Positions 1-12,171 of a stretch of 64,000 nt of DNA are shown piece by piece. The stretch is from NCBI GenBank assembly GCA_043228905.1, contig JBHGNT010000004.1:6882001-6946000 (forward strand). The letters are read 5' to 3'. How positions within the stretch are numbered: the stretch's first letter is position 1; every line of letters begins with the position of its first letter. Source of the stretch: Azolla caroliniana. Its lineage: Eukaryota > Plantae > Polypodiophyta. Position numbers and translations under genes: made by a program. The notes under the pieces are model-generated. The model saw nothing but the letters and a program-made list of their open reading frames with translations, was not told the DNA's origin and did not search any database.

Positions 1-199
1 AGAGGAAGAATGTCATTGACAAGAAGAAGGATGGAAATTAGATGAATTTTTGTGATACAAATATCTCTTAGGGAGAAGAGAAGGCCAATTTAGTCTGTAA
101 TGTGGTAATTGAAGAGCAATTTGATGCAAAATTATCTTTATGCCACATTGACTTTAGACAATGCTTCTCTATACTCCACATGCAAGATATGCTAATAAC

Positions 200-1140
200 T
201 AAATGTGACATTGTTGATGCATTGGATCATGCTTGCATTTTAGCCTGAAGTGTCTAATTCCATGTCTTTATTTGGGCAATAATCAAGCTTGCTGGAATAT
301 GCATTTTGAGCATTTGGTTCTCAATGATGGCATTGAACTTGTATTATATGATGTCAAACATGTTCTGGCATGAGAAAGCGTCTATTATTTGTTTTTGAGA
401 TGGATTTGCATGGATATAGCACCAATATTGAGATTGACTCATAGGAACCGACAAAAGTACCATACTGCTGTCAAGGGCACAAGAAATGCACTCTGTATTG
501 CTTGTACGAAAGGCCTGATTAGGGAAAATTTATTGCTCTCAGAGAGGTGGTTTCTCACTTGAATCTTTGGCATAACTGGTTAGCTTGTATGAGCCTAAAT
601 GGATAGGATGTCCTTCATTCTTTAAAATATTTAATGTTAAAGATACTAACTTGATTTTAATGATTGTAAATATGGGAACAAGTGAGAAATTCCTATTACT
701 CTCGTGTTTTGCAAAGTCTTTTGGATCCTGAACATCTTGATATTTGTAGCATGCTTACTAAATCCATGGGGCTTGCTTTGTATTTTATTTCTTTGTTAAG
801 GATTGTTCAAGGAGAATTTGGGTTGTTTACCTGAAAAGCAATGATGATGACTTTTTTTATGCTTTTGTGACCACCCAAACTGAAAGGACGCCAAGAGGCT
901 TGTTTTTCTACGACCTCTGTATGATGGTGGACTTGGAACAGGAGTGACACAAGAGAAAATGATGTGAGGGAGAAGATACACATAGGTGTTTTTTTACTCC
1001 CCTAATAATTATGTTTTAGGAGGGAAAGTATGTCATTTTATTGAAATGCGATTTTAAGGCAGGTGAGTCAATCACACTGGCCATGTGACCCTAAGATGCC
1101 CCTGTAGCTCTTAGGAAAGCTATAATGTGAAAAGGCCTAT
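200..1140 (+). mobile_element. Highly degenerate Ty1/Copia fragment (protease to integrase region) in the ClpP4 upstream intron
   Basis: Broken frames resemble Copia motifs: DGIELVLYDVKHV near 326-365 and a LDLVHSDICG-MPTKSLGGALYFIS-like stretch near 721-795. Many stops and indels; boundaries approximate. Confidence 0.5.
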
Positions 1141-1689
1141 ATAAAATTACAAATGGAGAGTTCTTGGACCTTTATACCCAACAATAAGGGGCAAGGAAGT
1201 TCCTTCAACTGTGGTGCTCCCATTAGCTGAAGACAATGTTGATGCTGTGTTTGAGGGACACTTAGTGAAAACATATACAGGATTGTGTGTGCTGCTGTTT
1301 TTATGAAATGAAACGTGCCCATCCTCTGTCACTTCCTTGATGAAGTGACACTGGTCATCAACTCGCTTCTTGCATGCATGAAACATGGTGTTTGTAGCCA
1401 AGCATATGGCATTCTGTCTATCACCATGTGGGATTAGTATCCTATAACGGCAAGCTCATTGCAGAGGTGTACCAACCATATTACAGCTTTGATAGAAGCC
1501 TCAGTTGGTAGATAATGCATCAATTCTCTGCAACCTGGAACACCATGACATTGCATCATTTGCAAGTGTAAAAACATATCTGCTTGTGAGTTTGCACATA
1601 TCCACGTCATCTGCCATATCAGAGTCACAGAATTCTTGTAATCCCTATGGACTCTATTCACCTTTCATCCCCTTCAAATATCTTATAAT

Positions 1690-3055
1690 TGACTTGATAG
1701 CTTCTTAATGTGCCTTGCCAAGATTAACCATGAACCTGCTAACAACTGCCATTGCATGTGCAATGTGTGGTCTTGTTGCAATCATGGCATATAACAAAGA
1801 AGCAAAAGCTGAAGCATATGATATAACCTTCATTGAATTGTCTGCTGCATCATCTTTGGACCGTCTTTTTCGCTCAAATTGATATGTGGCTGCAAAGTTA
1901 AACTTAACACTTTTGCATCATTCAGGTGAACCTTTCAAGTACTTTTTTTAATGTGTTTTTCTTTGGATACATAAAGCAGCTGCTGCTGTCTACCCTCTTT
2001 ATCCTCCAGGATGTGCTCAGGTGGGTCTAAATCTTTCATTGGCAAAGGCTGATTTTAGCTTGCTTGTAGAGCACCAAAATGATCGAGCTGCCATCTACAT
2101 TCCTTTTTATGTGAAGACAGACAATGATTTGCAAGGCTGCTTTTACCAGCAATAAGAATATCATCTATGTAGAGCACCAAAATGATCGGGCTGCTTGGAT
2201 AAAAGAACCCGTTCCACTGACCACCCCGAGCTATGATCTAGACATAGCCAACCTACCGCCGACGTCCCATACTGCCGGATATTAGGATGACTAATACCTT
2301 GGAAGAGATTAACACGATCGTCATGACGAAAGCCTAGCCTGCACCACCAGTGTCTAAGATAGCAGCCTTTTGACGTAATGTGTTTATGAGGGTAGGTAAG
2401 CCCCATATTTATAACTCTTCCTAGGCTCCTTGAATAGATGTTGCCTTTCTAAAAGACTCTCCATTCATTGGTTGTCAAAACCATGATAGTGCATGCACCT
2501 ATCATTCCTTCTATCTAATCACATTAGTCCCTTTCTAACATTAGTGAACATACCCTTCACTTATGTAAATAATAGTGACCTTCCCTCACCTACGTTATGT
2601 GTACATAACAGTATGGCACCTTTTTAAACCATGTGATAACATAAAAACATCAAACTTTTTTGTATCAGTGCTAGGAGTTTGTTTCAGGCTATATAGATTC
2701 CACTTGAGTTTGCACCCTAAATTATCATTACCAGGAATTGCAAACCCAGTGGCGGTTTTACATATATATATTTTCTTCAATATTACTATTGAAGAAAGAA
2801 TTCCAACTTTTTATTATGTTTCAACAAGATTCGAGCATCTTAACCTCGTGGCTGCAAACAACCTTTTTAAGCTGCGGTAGCCGTATCCTTTATTGGCCAT
2901 ATCTCCTTAACCATACCCAATGAAGATACCCTAAGTGGACTTTGCATCAAGTTTATTCCTAAGGTCATGTGTAATGTACACAAATGCATCAGACCCAAAC
3001 AGGTATAGATGGTTTTATGAGGCTGTTTCATTAGATCAAACCTCTTAAAGGGATC

Positions 3056-3095
<40 letters not shown>

Positions 3096-3400
3096 CTACA
3101 GTTTTAATAGCCTCTCCTCAAAAGCCATGAGCTAGATTAGCTGTGGAAAACAACCATCTAATTAATATCATTCAGCCAATCCATTAGAAGAAGGGCTATT
3201 ATCCCAGTTTTTATACCATGTGAATCACAAGATCCTTTAAATTTCAATACTTGTGAATTCACCCCCATTTTCTGTAGCTTTCTACCTGTTTGGTGTGGGG
3301 AATAAAGTTCCACGAACTCTCCATTTGTACTTTTATAAAGGTTCTTTCAAACTAAAGCTCTCTTGAGAGCTTCTAGAACATATCTTTCTGTCACTAGGGA
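1690..3400 (-). mobile_element. Degenerate Ty1/Copia RT/integrase fragment
   Basis: Minus-strand motifs YASAFASLLYAMIATRPHIAHAMAVVSRF (about 1725-1820), FFNSNIEENIYM (AFLNGDLEEEIYM-like, about 2760-2797), HLYLFGSDAFVYI (about 2975-3012) and ENGGEFTS (about 3250-3273). Boundaries approximate. Confidence 0.6.
3061..3089. repeat. (TA)n microsatellite
   Basis: Direct reading of the TA run. Confidence 0.95.
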
Positions 3401-4071
3401 TACATTTAATGTTTTGATGGGAATGCAACATCTATATACAGATTTCCAACTACTATGAATGCAATTAACATTTATCTACATGTGTAGAATGTGTTGGTGG
3501 TGCTTGATCCCTTGCTTGGAAGAAATTATGCATGATGAATTATGATGTTTTGCATATTCATCTAGTTCTAGTATAGCTAGTATGCCCTTAGTTGGCGTTC
3601 TAGAGAGAGAGAAACCTGTTATACTCTTTATCAATTGATCCTTGCATCATCTAATGATTCTTGCGATTGATTAACATTATCTAGAGGGGCTTGCTCTCTT
3701 TCCTAGATAGGAAGAAATTATGCTACATGACTAGGCTTTAGGTCTAGTGAGGTGAATTGGACAAATGTTTCTGGTTCTATTATAATTCCTAAAACGCCCA
3801 AGATTATTAACGTAGACTTTTATATCTATCTACATTTCTTGTTTGTCGTAACTGAGCAGTAATTTTAAATGCAAAGAAGCTGTTTGCTTATGAATTGTAC
3901 CGAGTAGGATCAGACATATCAGCTATAAAGCATTACATTAAACTCAAAATATTTATCAAACGCTTTAATTAGGGGCATGGTTAAGCTGATTTGGATGTGC
4001 ATTGATCAATAAGTAGTGGGTTCCATAATGCTAACTAAGGAAATGTTGACTTAAGTTATACCTTTCCACAG

Positions 4072-4483
4072 TGCTGCTATGGCAGTTTATGACGCAATCC
4101 AGCTGTGCCGTGCTGATGTTTCTACAATAGCATTTGGTATTGCGGCATCAACAGTTGCTATAGTACTCGCTGGGGGAACAAAGGGAAAACGGTTTGCCAT
4201 GCCAAATGCACGAATCATGTTGCACCAGCCATTAGGGGGTGCAAGTGGACAAGCAATAGATGTGGAGATCCAAGCCAAAGAAGCAATGCATCATCGGAAG
4301 AATGTGACACGAATCATATCTGAAATCACAGGTCGTGCTTTTGAGCAAGTAGAGAAGGATATCGATCGAGATCGCTACATGTCTCCAGCAGAGGCAATGG
4401 AGTATGGTATTTTGGATGGTGTAATCGACAAAGACATGATCATTCCTCTTTGCCCTTCACCCGAAAAGGTATTGCAAAGCTGA
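4072..4483 (+). CDS. CLPP4: 3' exon of nuclear-encoded plastid ATP-dependent Clp protease proteolytic subunit, ClpP4-like; upstream exons lie outside the window
   Basis: Acceptor ttccacAG at 4070-4071. Translation AAMAVYDAIQLCRADVSTIAFGIAAS...RIMLHQPLGGASGQAIDVEIQAKE...KDIDRDRYMSP retains the Ser-His-Asp triad. GGASGQAIDVEIQAKE and IIPL match the ClpP4 subtype. Confidence 0.88.
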
Positions 4484-6336
4484 GGCTATTAAAATGCCAG
4501 GAAAAAGGAAGTCTTTGTTTCCAAATGACAATATTGAAAAGGGCTAGAATTAATTCTGTTATAGTGATAGATCGTTTTTCAATTGGCTCGCTGATGAACT
4601 GTATGTGTGGTATTAGATGACCATGATGCACACAATGATTTTACTTCCTAACCTTCCATATTTTTGTGTAAATGCTGCCTTTGGAATAACGAATCTAATA
4701 ACCGTTAACATGGCCATGAAGATATTCAGGAGTTGAAAGCAATATATGGCTGTCTGTGATGATCATATTTAGGATGTTTGGATAGCCCAAGCTAGGCGTT
4801 CGTAGCCACTATGATCTATGACTTTCAATTCAACTGGAGACCTAATTATGATAAATGTGCCACTGAGAAAATCAACATCAAGATAGGGAGAATTGAAATG
4901 ATTTTCATATTCAATTTTATGATATGTTTATTTATTTTTCTGCTAAATGAATTTTAAGTTCTTGTTCAGTTTAGTTTATAATTAGCATCTTATTTTGTTT
5001 ATTACAAGCTTGACTCATCTTGATAATTAGGACCAACTCAAAGTGTCTCTATTTCAAGCCAAGCTTCCTTCATCTTCATCTAGATGCAAATTTGTCCTTG
5101 ATCTTTTATAGATTCAGAGGTTTAGGTATGCTGTTCCTCAATTTATTTAAAGATGGCACCAGGTTTGGTGAATTAGTAGTTTTCTTCTCTATCCAAAAGC
5201 CTGCCTTCGTATGCAACGAACTTCATAGATTTTGTGCCAAACATTATGCTGAAGCAGATCAACCCCTCTTTTATAATGAATTAAATCTGTTAAATTTTCT
5301 ATGCCATCATCAATATCGAGTTTTATCATTGATACTCATGATCATAACTTTGAATCATAAAGCATAATGTTTGTTCCAAATTTCATGACTAAACTCCTTT
5401 TCCATGGCACAATCTCCAAGGTATCATCCCCAAAAAACTTGAGAGAAGTAGAAGAAGGAATGGTATCAAACTCTTGACGAGCTGGGCTGGTTGGGAAAAA
5501 GATCCCCATGCCCTGTTTTTGACCACTTGTTATATAAAGCACCTTGATATTCTATTAGGATCCTAGATATAGTCCTCTTCATGAACTACAACACCGTTCC
5601 TTGTCCATACGAAATGTCCACTCACGAAGTTCACTCCCGTCAAGGAGTGTAAAGATTTGTTGGACAAGATGGAGAAAATTCTCAAAATCAGATATGCTTT
5701 CCACCTTATGAGTGTTGGTGGAGCTTGGATGGTAACTTTTTCCACATCTAGGGGTTGGTTATAACTTCCTCTTAGGAAATTGGGTGCCTCTCAAAAATGA
5801 CAATGAAATTTTATGAATAGATTGTCTACCCATTTCAATGCATAAATTAGTGATTCCATTTATTTGCCTTAGCAATACAAGGGATTGGTTTATATCTCAA
5901 ATAAATTAACCCATTGTAATGGTGTGGCAAACTAATGATTCATTTTAGATAATAGAAATTGCTACATGGGAGGGGAGGGGAGGCGTGGAGAAGGAACCAA
6001 TTGATAAGCAAGGAAAATGAGGCTTCCCATTTTTTACTCAGAAAAATAGCTCCCTATTTGCCTAGTGGGTCTACACTTTGTCGAGAGTCACAAAAATAGG
6101 TTTATTGACAATTCACAACAAGTTGCAACATACGAACAAGCCACATATCGTGGGTCAAAACCTATGGCTTAGACATGTCACATGTCATGAGCTAACATTC
6201 AACTTCAAATTTCCACTCTCAACCATTACATAATAGGCCAATTTTTGTTCTGTTCAAATGCACAGATAGTGAGCTGAAATTGTTCTGCAACAACCCAACA
6301 AACCATGCTTCAAATCATTCTTTACACCTTGAACTC

Positions 6337-6679
6337 TGAGAAAATTGTAGAGGTTTCACAAAGTACCTACTATGTAGTCATTTGTTGACACATCCTTGCC
6401 AAGAGTGGACCATAGGCCGGACTTCAATTTGCCATTGTTCACATACATGACACCTCACAACTTGCTTATTTTGCATTGAAGGTAGGGTTATTTATGTGTG
6501 TTTTATATGAGAAAATTGTAGAGGTTTCACAAAGTACCTACTATGTAGTTATTTGTTGACACATCCTTGCCAAGAGTGGACCATAGGCCGGACTTCAATT
6601 TGCCATTGTTCACATACATGACACCTCACAACTTGCTTATTTTGCATTGAAGGTAGGGCTATTTATGTGTGTTTTTATA
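6337..6679. repeat. Tandem duplication, 2 x 171 bp
   Basis: Unit starting tgagaaaattgtagagg at 6337 and 6508; two substitutions and one extra T seen. Confidence 0.95.
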
Positions 6680-7155
6680 AAACAAGGGAGAAAACAAGTG
6701 ATTGTGTAAAATATGACATGATGATGGCTTATGTCTTACTTGGAACATAGGCATGAATGATTAGCCTTTAAAGATTGATAAAAAAGAGGAGAATATGAAC
6801 AAGAAGCTATAAATACTGACAAAATTTGTCAATGCCAAGTGACACTTTTGATTCGAATGACCGTTATCGAAAGTAGTTTTTAGAATAGGAGGGTAAAATA
6901 TTGCTACATGAAACAACTTGTTTACTTTACCTCTATCGTGCTCTACCATGTTTGGATGGTATAGTTACTTTTCTTTGTGAAAAGTTAGCCAATTATCTTT
7001 TTCCTTCTTTATTTCTACGAGTATTTCTCTATCTCGAGTCTCCATTTACACCATTTACGAGTATGATTTAAATTTTACACCATTTACTAGTTTGTTGTTT
7101 TACGACACACAAGCACACACCCCTCTCTCTCTTGTAATGACTGTCTGCAACATTA

Positions 7156-7197
<42 letters not shown>

Positions 7198-7199
<2 letters not shown>

Positions 7200-8752
7200 C
7201 GTAAATAATGGCTTTCATTACGAAAGAAAAAACACCACCATGACTAACTTACAACAAACTATAGAACCCCTTCTATCTAGGGATCTAAAGAAAACTACGA
7301 CACCAAACTCAATGCCACCCTACACACCAATTCAAATGGCGAATATGATGATATGTGACCTTGCAGAGTTCTCTCTCTTCTTGGTTGAGATTTTGTGACT
7401 TCTCTAGCACTGTCAATTGCCACAAAAGAAGTCCTTTTAACTTAAGAACATATTTTCTCACCCCAACTTGTGAATAAAAAATGAAGGCATTCCGCATATT
7501 CCAATTGAACCATAGCCCCCAATACCTCAAGAACTCAAAAATAATTTGAAAATGAGGCATCGGTTCATTGTTCTCCATATGTGCAAAAACCCAACTGAAG
7601 GAAGATAGACTTACTCCTGTTAGAGACATCCACACTAAACTGATACACCTCCAAACCATCCTTGCCATCGGGCATGAAATAAATCGATGCCTACTATGTT
7701 CCAATTCCACCGAACAAAAGAAACACAATCCTTTAGTAATGTTCCTTCTTTTTAATGCATCCCCTAATGGTAAAGCTCCAACCATAACTCTCCAAATAAA
7801 TACCTTGGCTCTTAGCATCAATCGAGAACACCAACCTGCCTTGATCACATGAAACCACCAAGTAATGGGCTTATGAAAACCCCATATCTTTATAACCCTT
7901 TCTTCCAACCACTTATGTTTGTCAATCAACTTGTGATAAGCAACATTCGTTGAGATCATAGTCAATCTCTTATTTCCAACAAACCTCCAATCAAGTTCTT
8001 GAGATCGCCCATCTAAATCAGGAATTGGCTCATGCGAAGATAGTATTTGTTGCAACTTATCCCAAATAAAGTTATAACCTTTTGGAATACGAAATGTTGA
8101 TCTTATTGTTCGAAAAGCCATTAATCTTCTTTGTGAAACCAACATAGCATCCTTAACTCTTACCAAACCTAATCTAGCCATCCGATTAAATTGAAGGTTA
8201 AGAATTTGTTTACCTTCCCACCTCAATAACCTTGATGTTGCCAAAACCTCCATTTGTAATGAATTGGCACATCCCCTTTCTTGTGGGGAATGCCATTCCA
8301 CAAAATCCAACATAGTTTGCCAAGATGTCAACAAATGATTAACTATCATAGACCCTGTACATTTGACATCCCTGTCACAATTAATTACATTCCACCAATT
8401 CGCTTCAACCTTCATGTTTCTAAGCTTTATTCCGTTCTTCTCTATAAAGTATGCCACCATTTCTGTCCAAGGTTGTACACCTTCAAACATGAATCAAATG
8501 AAAGTAAATCGACGAGCCACCATATGCTCATATAGATTCAATATTGATGCCCCACCAAGACGCTTCGGAGTACAAACATGATCCCATGTCAGCCATGACA
8601 AGGCACTTTTCCCTTTTCTTTTCCATAACAACATTCGCATCGAGCGTGACAACATTTCAAGAGCTTTCTTTGACCATGGGAGCAAAGGAAGATAATAAGA
8701 TACCATAGAGACCATAATCGATTGGACCACCTTAAGTTGTACATGAAAAGGC
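7198..8752 (-). mobile_element. 5'-truncated L1-superfamily LINE (ORF2 C-terminal region with zf-RVT), flanked on both sides by (TC)n
   Basis: ORFs 8494-8730 and 7309-8490 are in one frame, split by a TGA at 8494-8496. Motifs WDHVCTPKRLGGASI and WRVMVGALPLG...CFFC...EHSRHRFISC...W...WNMRN are typical of LINE ORF2 3' ends. (TC)n at 7159-7194 and 8756-8773. Confidence 0.88.
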
Positions 8753-9180
8753 TAATCTCTCTCTCTCTCTCTCATCCCTTAGGCTAATTCAAACAATTGG
8801 ACACCCCCCCTCCTAAAAACACATACATATATATGTACATGGCCCAAACCTAGTCGAGGTAGTTGTCAAAAGGCATCCACCTAGTGTTTCGATAAATACA
8901 AAGGATTTGAGCACATTGGAAGAGTTTGAAGAGAATGCAAAGTAACTCCTCCTTTCAGTATGTCTCACATGTATTATGCACAAAGTATTGAGGTACGGAG
9001 ATAGCCAAGAATAATAACTAGCATCAAGGCAATGGTTGTTCCTGAACATGAGATGCATCAGATTTGCCAAATGGTTCATGGAGTTTAAAAGAAGGTTGGC
9101 TTACATGTGTGTGTGTGCGTGTGCGTGTGCAATGTATAGAGTTGATGTAGTGGCTACGACTAACTAATGTTTCCTGGCCC

Positions 9181-9505
9181 TCTAAGAATTGGCAATGGCT
9201 TGGCTCATGCCTGAATTGAACCGTTAAACAATTTTGCGGTTTAGTTTGGTTCGGTTTAGGCTCGAGCTTCCTTAATTGGTTCGAGCTCGGTTTGGGATGG
9301 CTCAAGCCGAACTGAACCGATTTTGGACAAATCGGTTAAGGCTTAACGGCTTGGCTAAACGGGTTCCTAAACGGTTTAGGCTTAACCAGTTTAGGAACCG
9401 CTTCGGTTCAAGTTTGGAAACACTCAAAGTGGTCAAGGTTTAACCGATTGGTTTGGACAAGGCCAAACCGGTTAAGCCGAAACGAAACCGTTGCCGATTC
9501 CTAGA
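9181..9505. mobile_element. MITE / non-autonomous TIR DNA transposon (hAT-like)
   Basis: Imperfect TIRs tctaagaattggcaatgg (9181-) and the reverse complement of ccgttgccgattcctaga (-9505). Interior is packed with AACCG/CGGTT subterminal motifs. No clean TSD found. Confidence 0.7.
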
Positions 9506-9827
9506 ACTTCCGGGGCCTCCTTCCTAGTAAAGGCTTGTGAAGCATAGAGGAGGCTTCCAGAGAAAAAACACTAGAGAAGAGAGGGGGAGGGTGTGTCTGA
9601 AATGGCCGCGTTCACACTGCAGGGGCGGACAGAACAGAGAGAGCGATGGACGTCTCACACGCGCCCACTATCGTTTTCAGTGTAGACGACTCTGTTCTTC
9701 TCTGTTCCTCTCTCTCTCTCTCTCTCTCTCTCCTCTCTCTGTGTATGTGTATGTTCGTGACCTCCTCTTACGCCATAGCTTGAATCTTCTCTGCGCAGGC
9801 CTTCCTTACTCTCAGGCACCTGGTCTA

Positions 9828-10823
9828 ATGGCGACCCCCGATCATCCCTACCAGCAGGCCTTGCGGGATTTGTCCTCTTTCCTCCATGAAACAAGCAAGA
9901 ATATAGAGAGGATTCTGCATACCTTCTGTTCTTCTACTACTCCTACTTCCTCCCGGAATGACGATGTTTCGGCTTCCTTCAATAGCTTCACTGCCACTAG
10001 GAGTTTGCTGCCCAACATAGGGGAAAAACCCTCTTCAACAAGTGAATCTCATCTTATAGCTTTCATGGAAGGAATTATGAAGACTTCTCATATATGGTCT
10101 GCTCAACATAAGGCTATACTTAAAGGTAAGAGTAACGTTGGTATCGTTGAGACGAAACCTAATGAACTCTCTAAGCTTTACAATGATATGGATGCGAACA
10201 TAGCAGAAACAGAGGAAGATAAAGTAGGCATTACTACTCTCGAGTATAATCCTAAAGAAGCGTCAAGAATGATCGCTGAGAATGAGGAAGAGAAAGAAGA
10301 CATTGTTACGCTTGATTCTAATCCTAAAGTAGCTTCTAGAAGCATAAAAGCAGAGGAGACTCGTATAGATGAGGATAAAAGAGAGGATAATGAGGGAATA
10401 GCGGAGAGTCCATCTTGTGTGAAAAAAGATGAAGGCAAGAGTTCGGATTCGTTTCATTCCAAGAGCAAGCAAGGTTCTTTTCAGCATGATGTTGGATCAG
10501 GAAGAGATACCAAATTTGACAGTTTCTTGACTCCAGCAAAGAATGACACTGATGGTAATGATAATGATAATGATAATAATGACCATGATCATGATCACGA
10601 TAATGGTGATGCGGAAGATGATGATGATGGTGGTGGTGGTGGAGAGAATAGTAAATTACCATTGACAAAGTGGGTTCCTCCTCCCACTTCCCTATCTGAC
10701 ATGAAAATCCAATCTTATCGCCGTGCTATTGAGGTCATTTCCTCTCCTGAATGGCTCCCTGAAGGTTGGGTCACTGAGCTCAAGACCCGAGGCAGTGGAA
10801 ATAGTGCTGGCACCAAAGACAAG
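9828..10823 (+). CDS. Methyl-CpG-binding domain protein, coding exon 1 (332 aa; long acidic N-terminus plus first half of MBD)
   Basis: ATG 9828 (MATPDHPY) is the first in-frame ATG. Ends PEWLPEGWVTELKTRGSGNSAGTKDK at donor AAG|GTTTTT (10823/10824). Confidence 0.85.
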
Positions 10824-11589
10824 GTTTTTTCTTATATCCACTCATTCATCCTCTACTTTCCCTCCCTGTATCTCTATTTCTACTTCGTTTATAATACATT
10901 TTAATTGGCATGGATGAATGTTTTGTGGGTTTGATCTTTAGAGTTCCACATTTATATGTATGTATGTAGCGATATCATTGTTTTAAATGGAACAACAAAA
11001 GGATTTCACCTTCCGAAAGGAACTAAAACAAACCCCTTCCACTTATAATGAACTAAGCAGGGGGAGCTGTCCTAGTCTTCTCATGATGTTCATAATTTAA
11101 CGTTGTCCTATAAGATTTCAACTTAGGATCAAGAGAAATGGCTCTTTCTGCAAGAACCCAAATAAAACGACATATGATTGAAACGAAGCAGGCTTAAATC
11201 TTCATAAGCTTTGTAACTCAACTTAGTAGGATGATTTCCAAAGGATCTGTGAAGTGAAAAGTATAAGGAAAGGCTTGGATTTATGGACATATGTTCAACA
11301 GCCAAGGAGGTGAGATATGGTCTGTAATGCACACCAATGTCTTTCTAGAAGGATTTAATGTATTTGTCTGAGGAAGTCTCCATATATATGGTGAAGAATA
11401 TAAAGTATGATATCTCTATGGTTGCTTTAAAGGTGTGTAACAAGGGTGGAATCCTCAATGAAACATGTGTATCAATGATCCAAGTATGAATCTTTGTAAA
11501 ATCATACGTTTCTCAAGCTATTATGTATGGAAGTTAATGAAAATTTCTTTTCTATTGAATATATGTTTGCCATATGCTTGTGTATGCAG

Positions 11590-12171
11590 TATTATGTGGA
11601 TCCTGTATCAAAACGTCGGTTTCGATCAAGGAAGGAAGTTTTGGATTTCCTCGAGACAGGAAAAAGGAACAGGCATAGAAAGAGGCTGGATACAAGTCCA
11701 ATCCGGAAGTTTTCAGAACCTGAATCTGAGTCATCACCACCGCCAACTCTCGCTAAGCAACCTATTAAGCGAGCCAAATCTAAACCAAACACAATGCCAC
11801 CGTCATCAACACCTCTTGCAACATCTAGTGGAATGATGGGCAACATGTATATGCCTTTCAGAACAGGTCAACCATCAGAGTGGTTAATGTATGAGAGCTT
11901 AGCTAGTATACCATTCCCTATGTTCGATCCCTTTCGTTATGCAGAGATGAATGCTAACAAGTCAAGTGCTAACAAAGGCCCTCCCCCAGTGTCAAATAGG
12001 CCATGGTTCTTCACTGGCCCGGAGGCATCTTGGATGCCCTTTTCAGGTCTTGGTCGGCCTGGCGAAAAGGGAAGAGAGTATCAAAATCCTCATTCAATGC
12101 CATCAAGTTATACCCCCGAATCTGTGGCTAAGAAACGTGTCCGGAAGTCATCCAAGAAAACTGCCACATGA
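11590..12171 (+). CDS. Methyl-CpG-binding domain protein, coding exon 2 (MBD5/6-like domain; full protein about 525 aa)
   Basis: Acceptor tatgcAG at 11588-11589, phase 0. YYVDPVSKRRFRSRKEVLDFLETG completes a plant MBD. Basic C-terminus AKKRVRKSSKK; TGA 12169-12171. Confidence 0.9.
   Translation, partial: YYVDPVSKRRFRSRKEVLDFLETGKRNRHRKRLDTSPIRKFSEPESESSPPPTLAKQPIKRAKSKPNTMPPSSTPLATSSGMMGNMYMPFRTGQPSEWLMYESLASIPFPMFDPFRYAEMNANKSSANKGPPPVSNRPWFFTGPEASWMPFSGLGRPGEKGREYQNPHSMPSSYTPESVAKKRVRKSSKKTAT

Noticed and set aside
2065-2194. 27-bp direct repeat tgtagagcaccaaaatgatcg(a/g)gctgc at 2065 and 2168
   Set aside because: Only two copies inside decayed TE sequence; probably a repair scar.
4980-5900. 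Possible LINE remnant or extra ClpP exon
   Set aside because: No diagnostic motif and no match to the ClpP4 C-terminus by eye.
9537-9827. N-terminal extension of the 455-aa ORF upstream of MATPDH
   Set aside because: Starts at GTG and runs through a (CT)n tract; more likely leader or leader intron.
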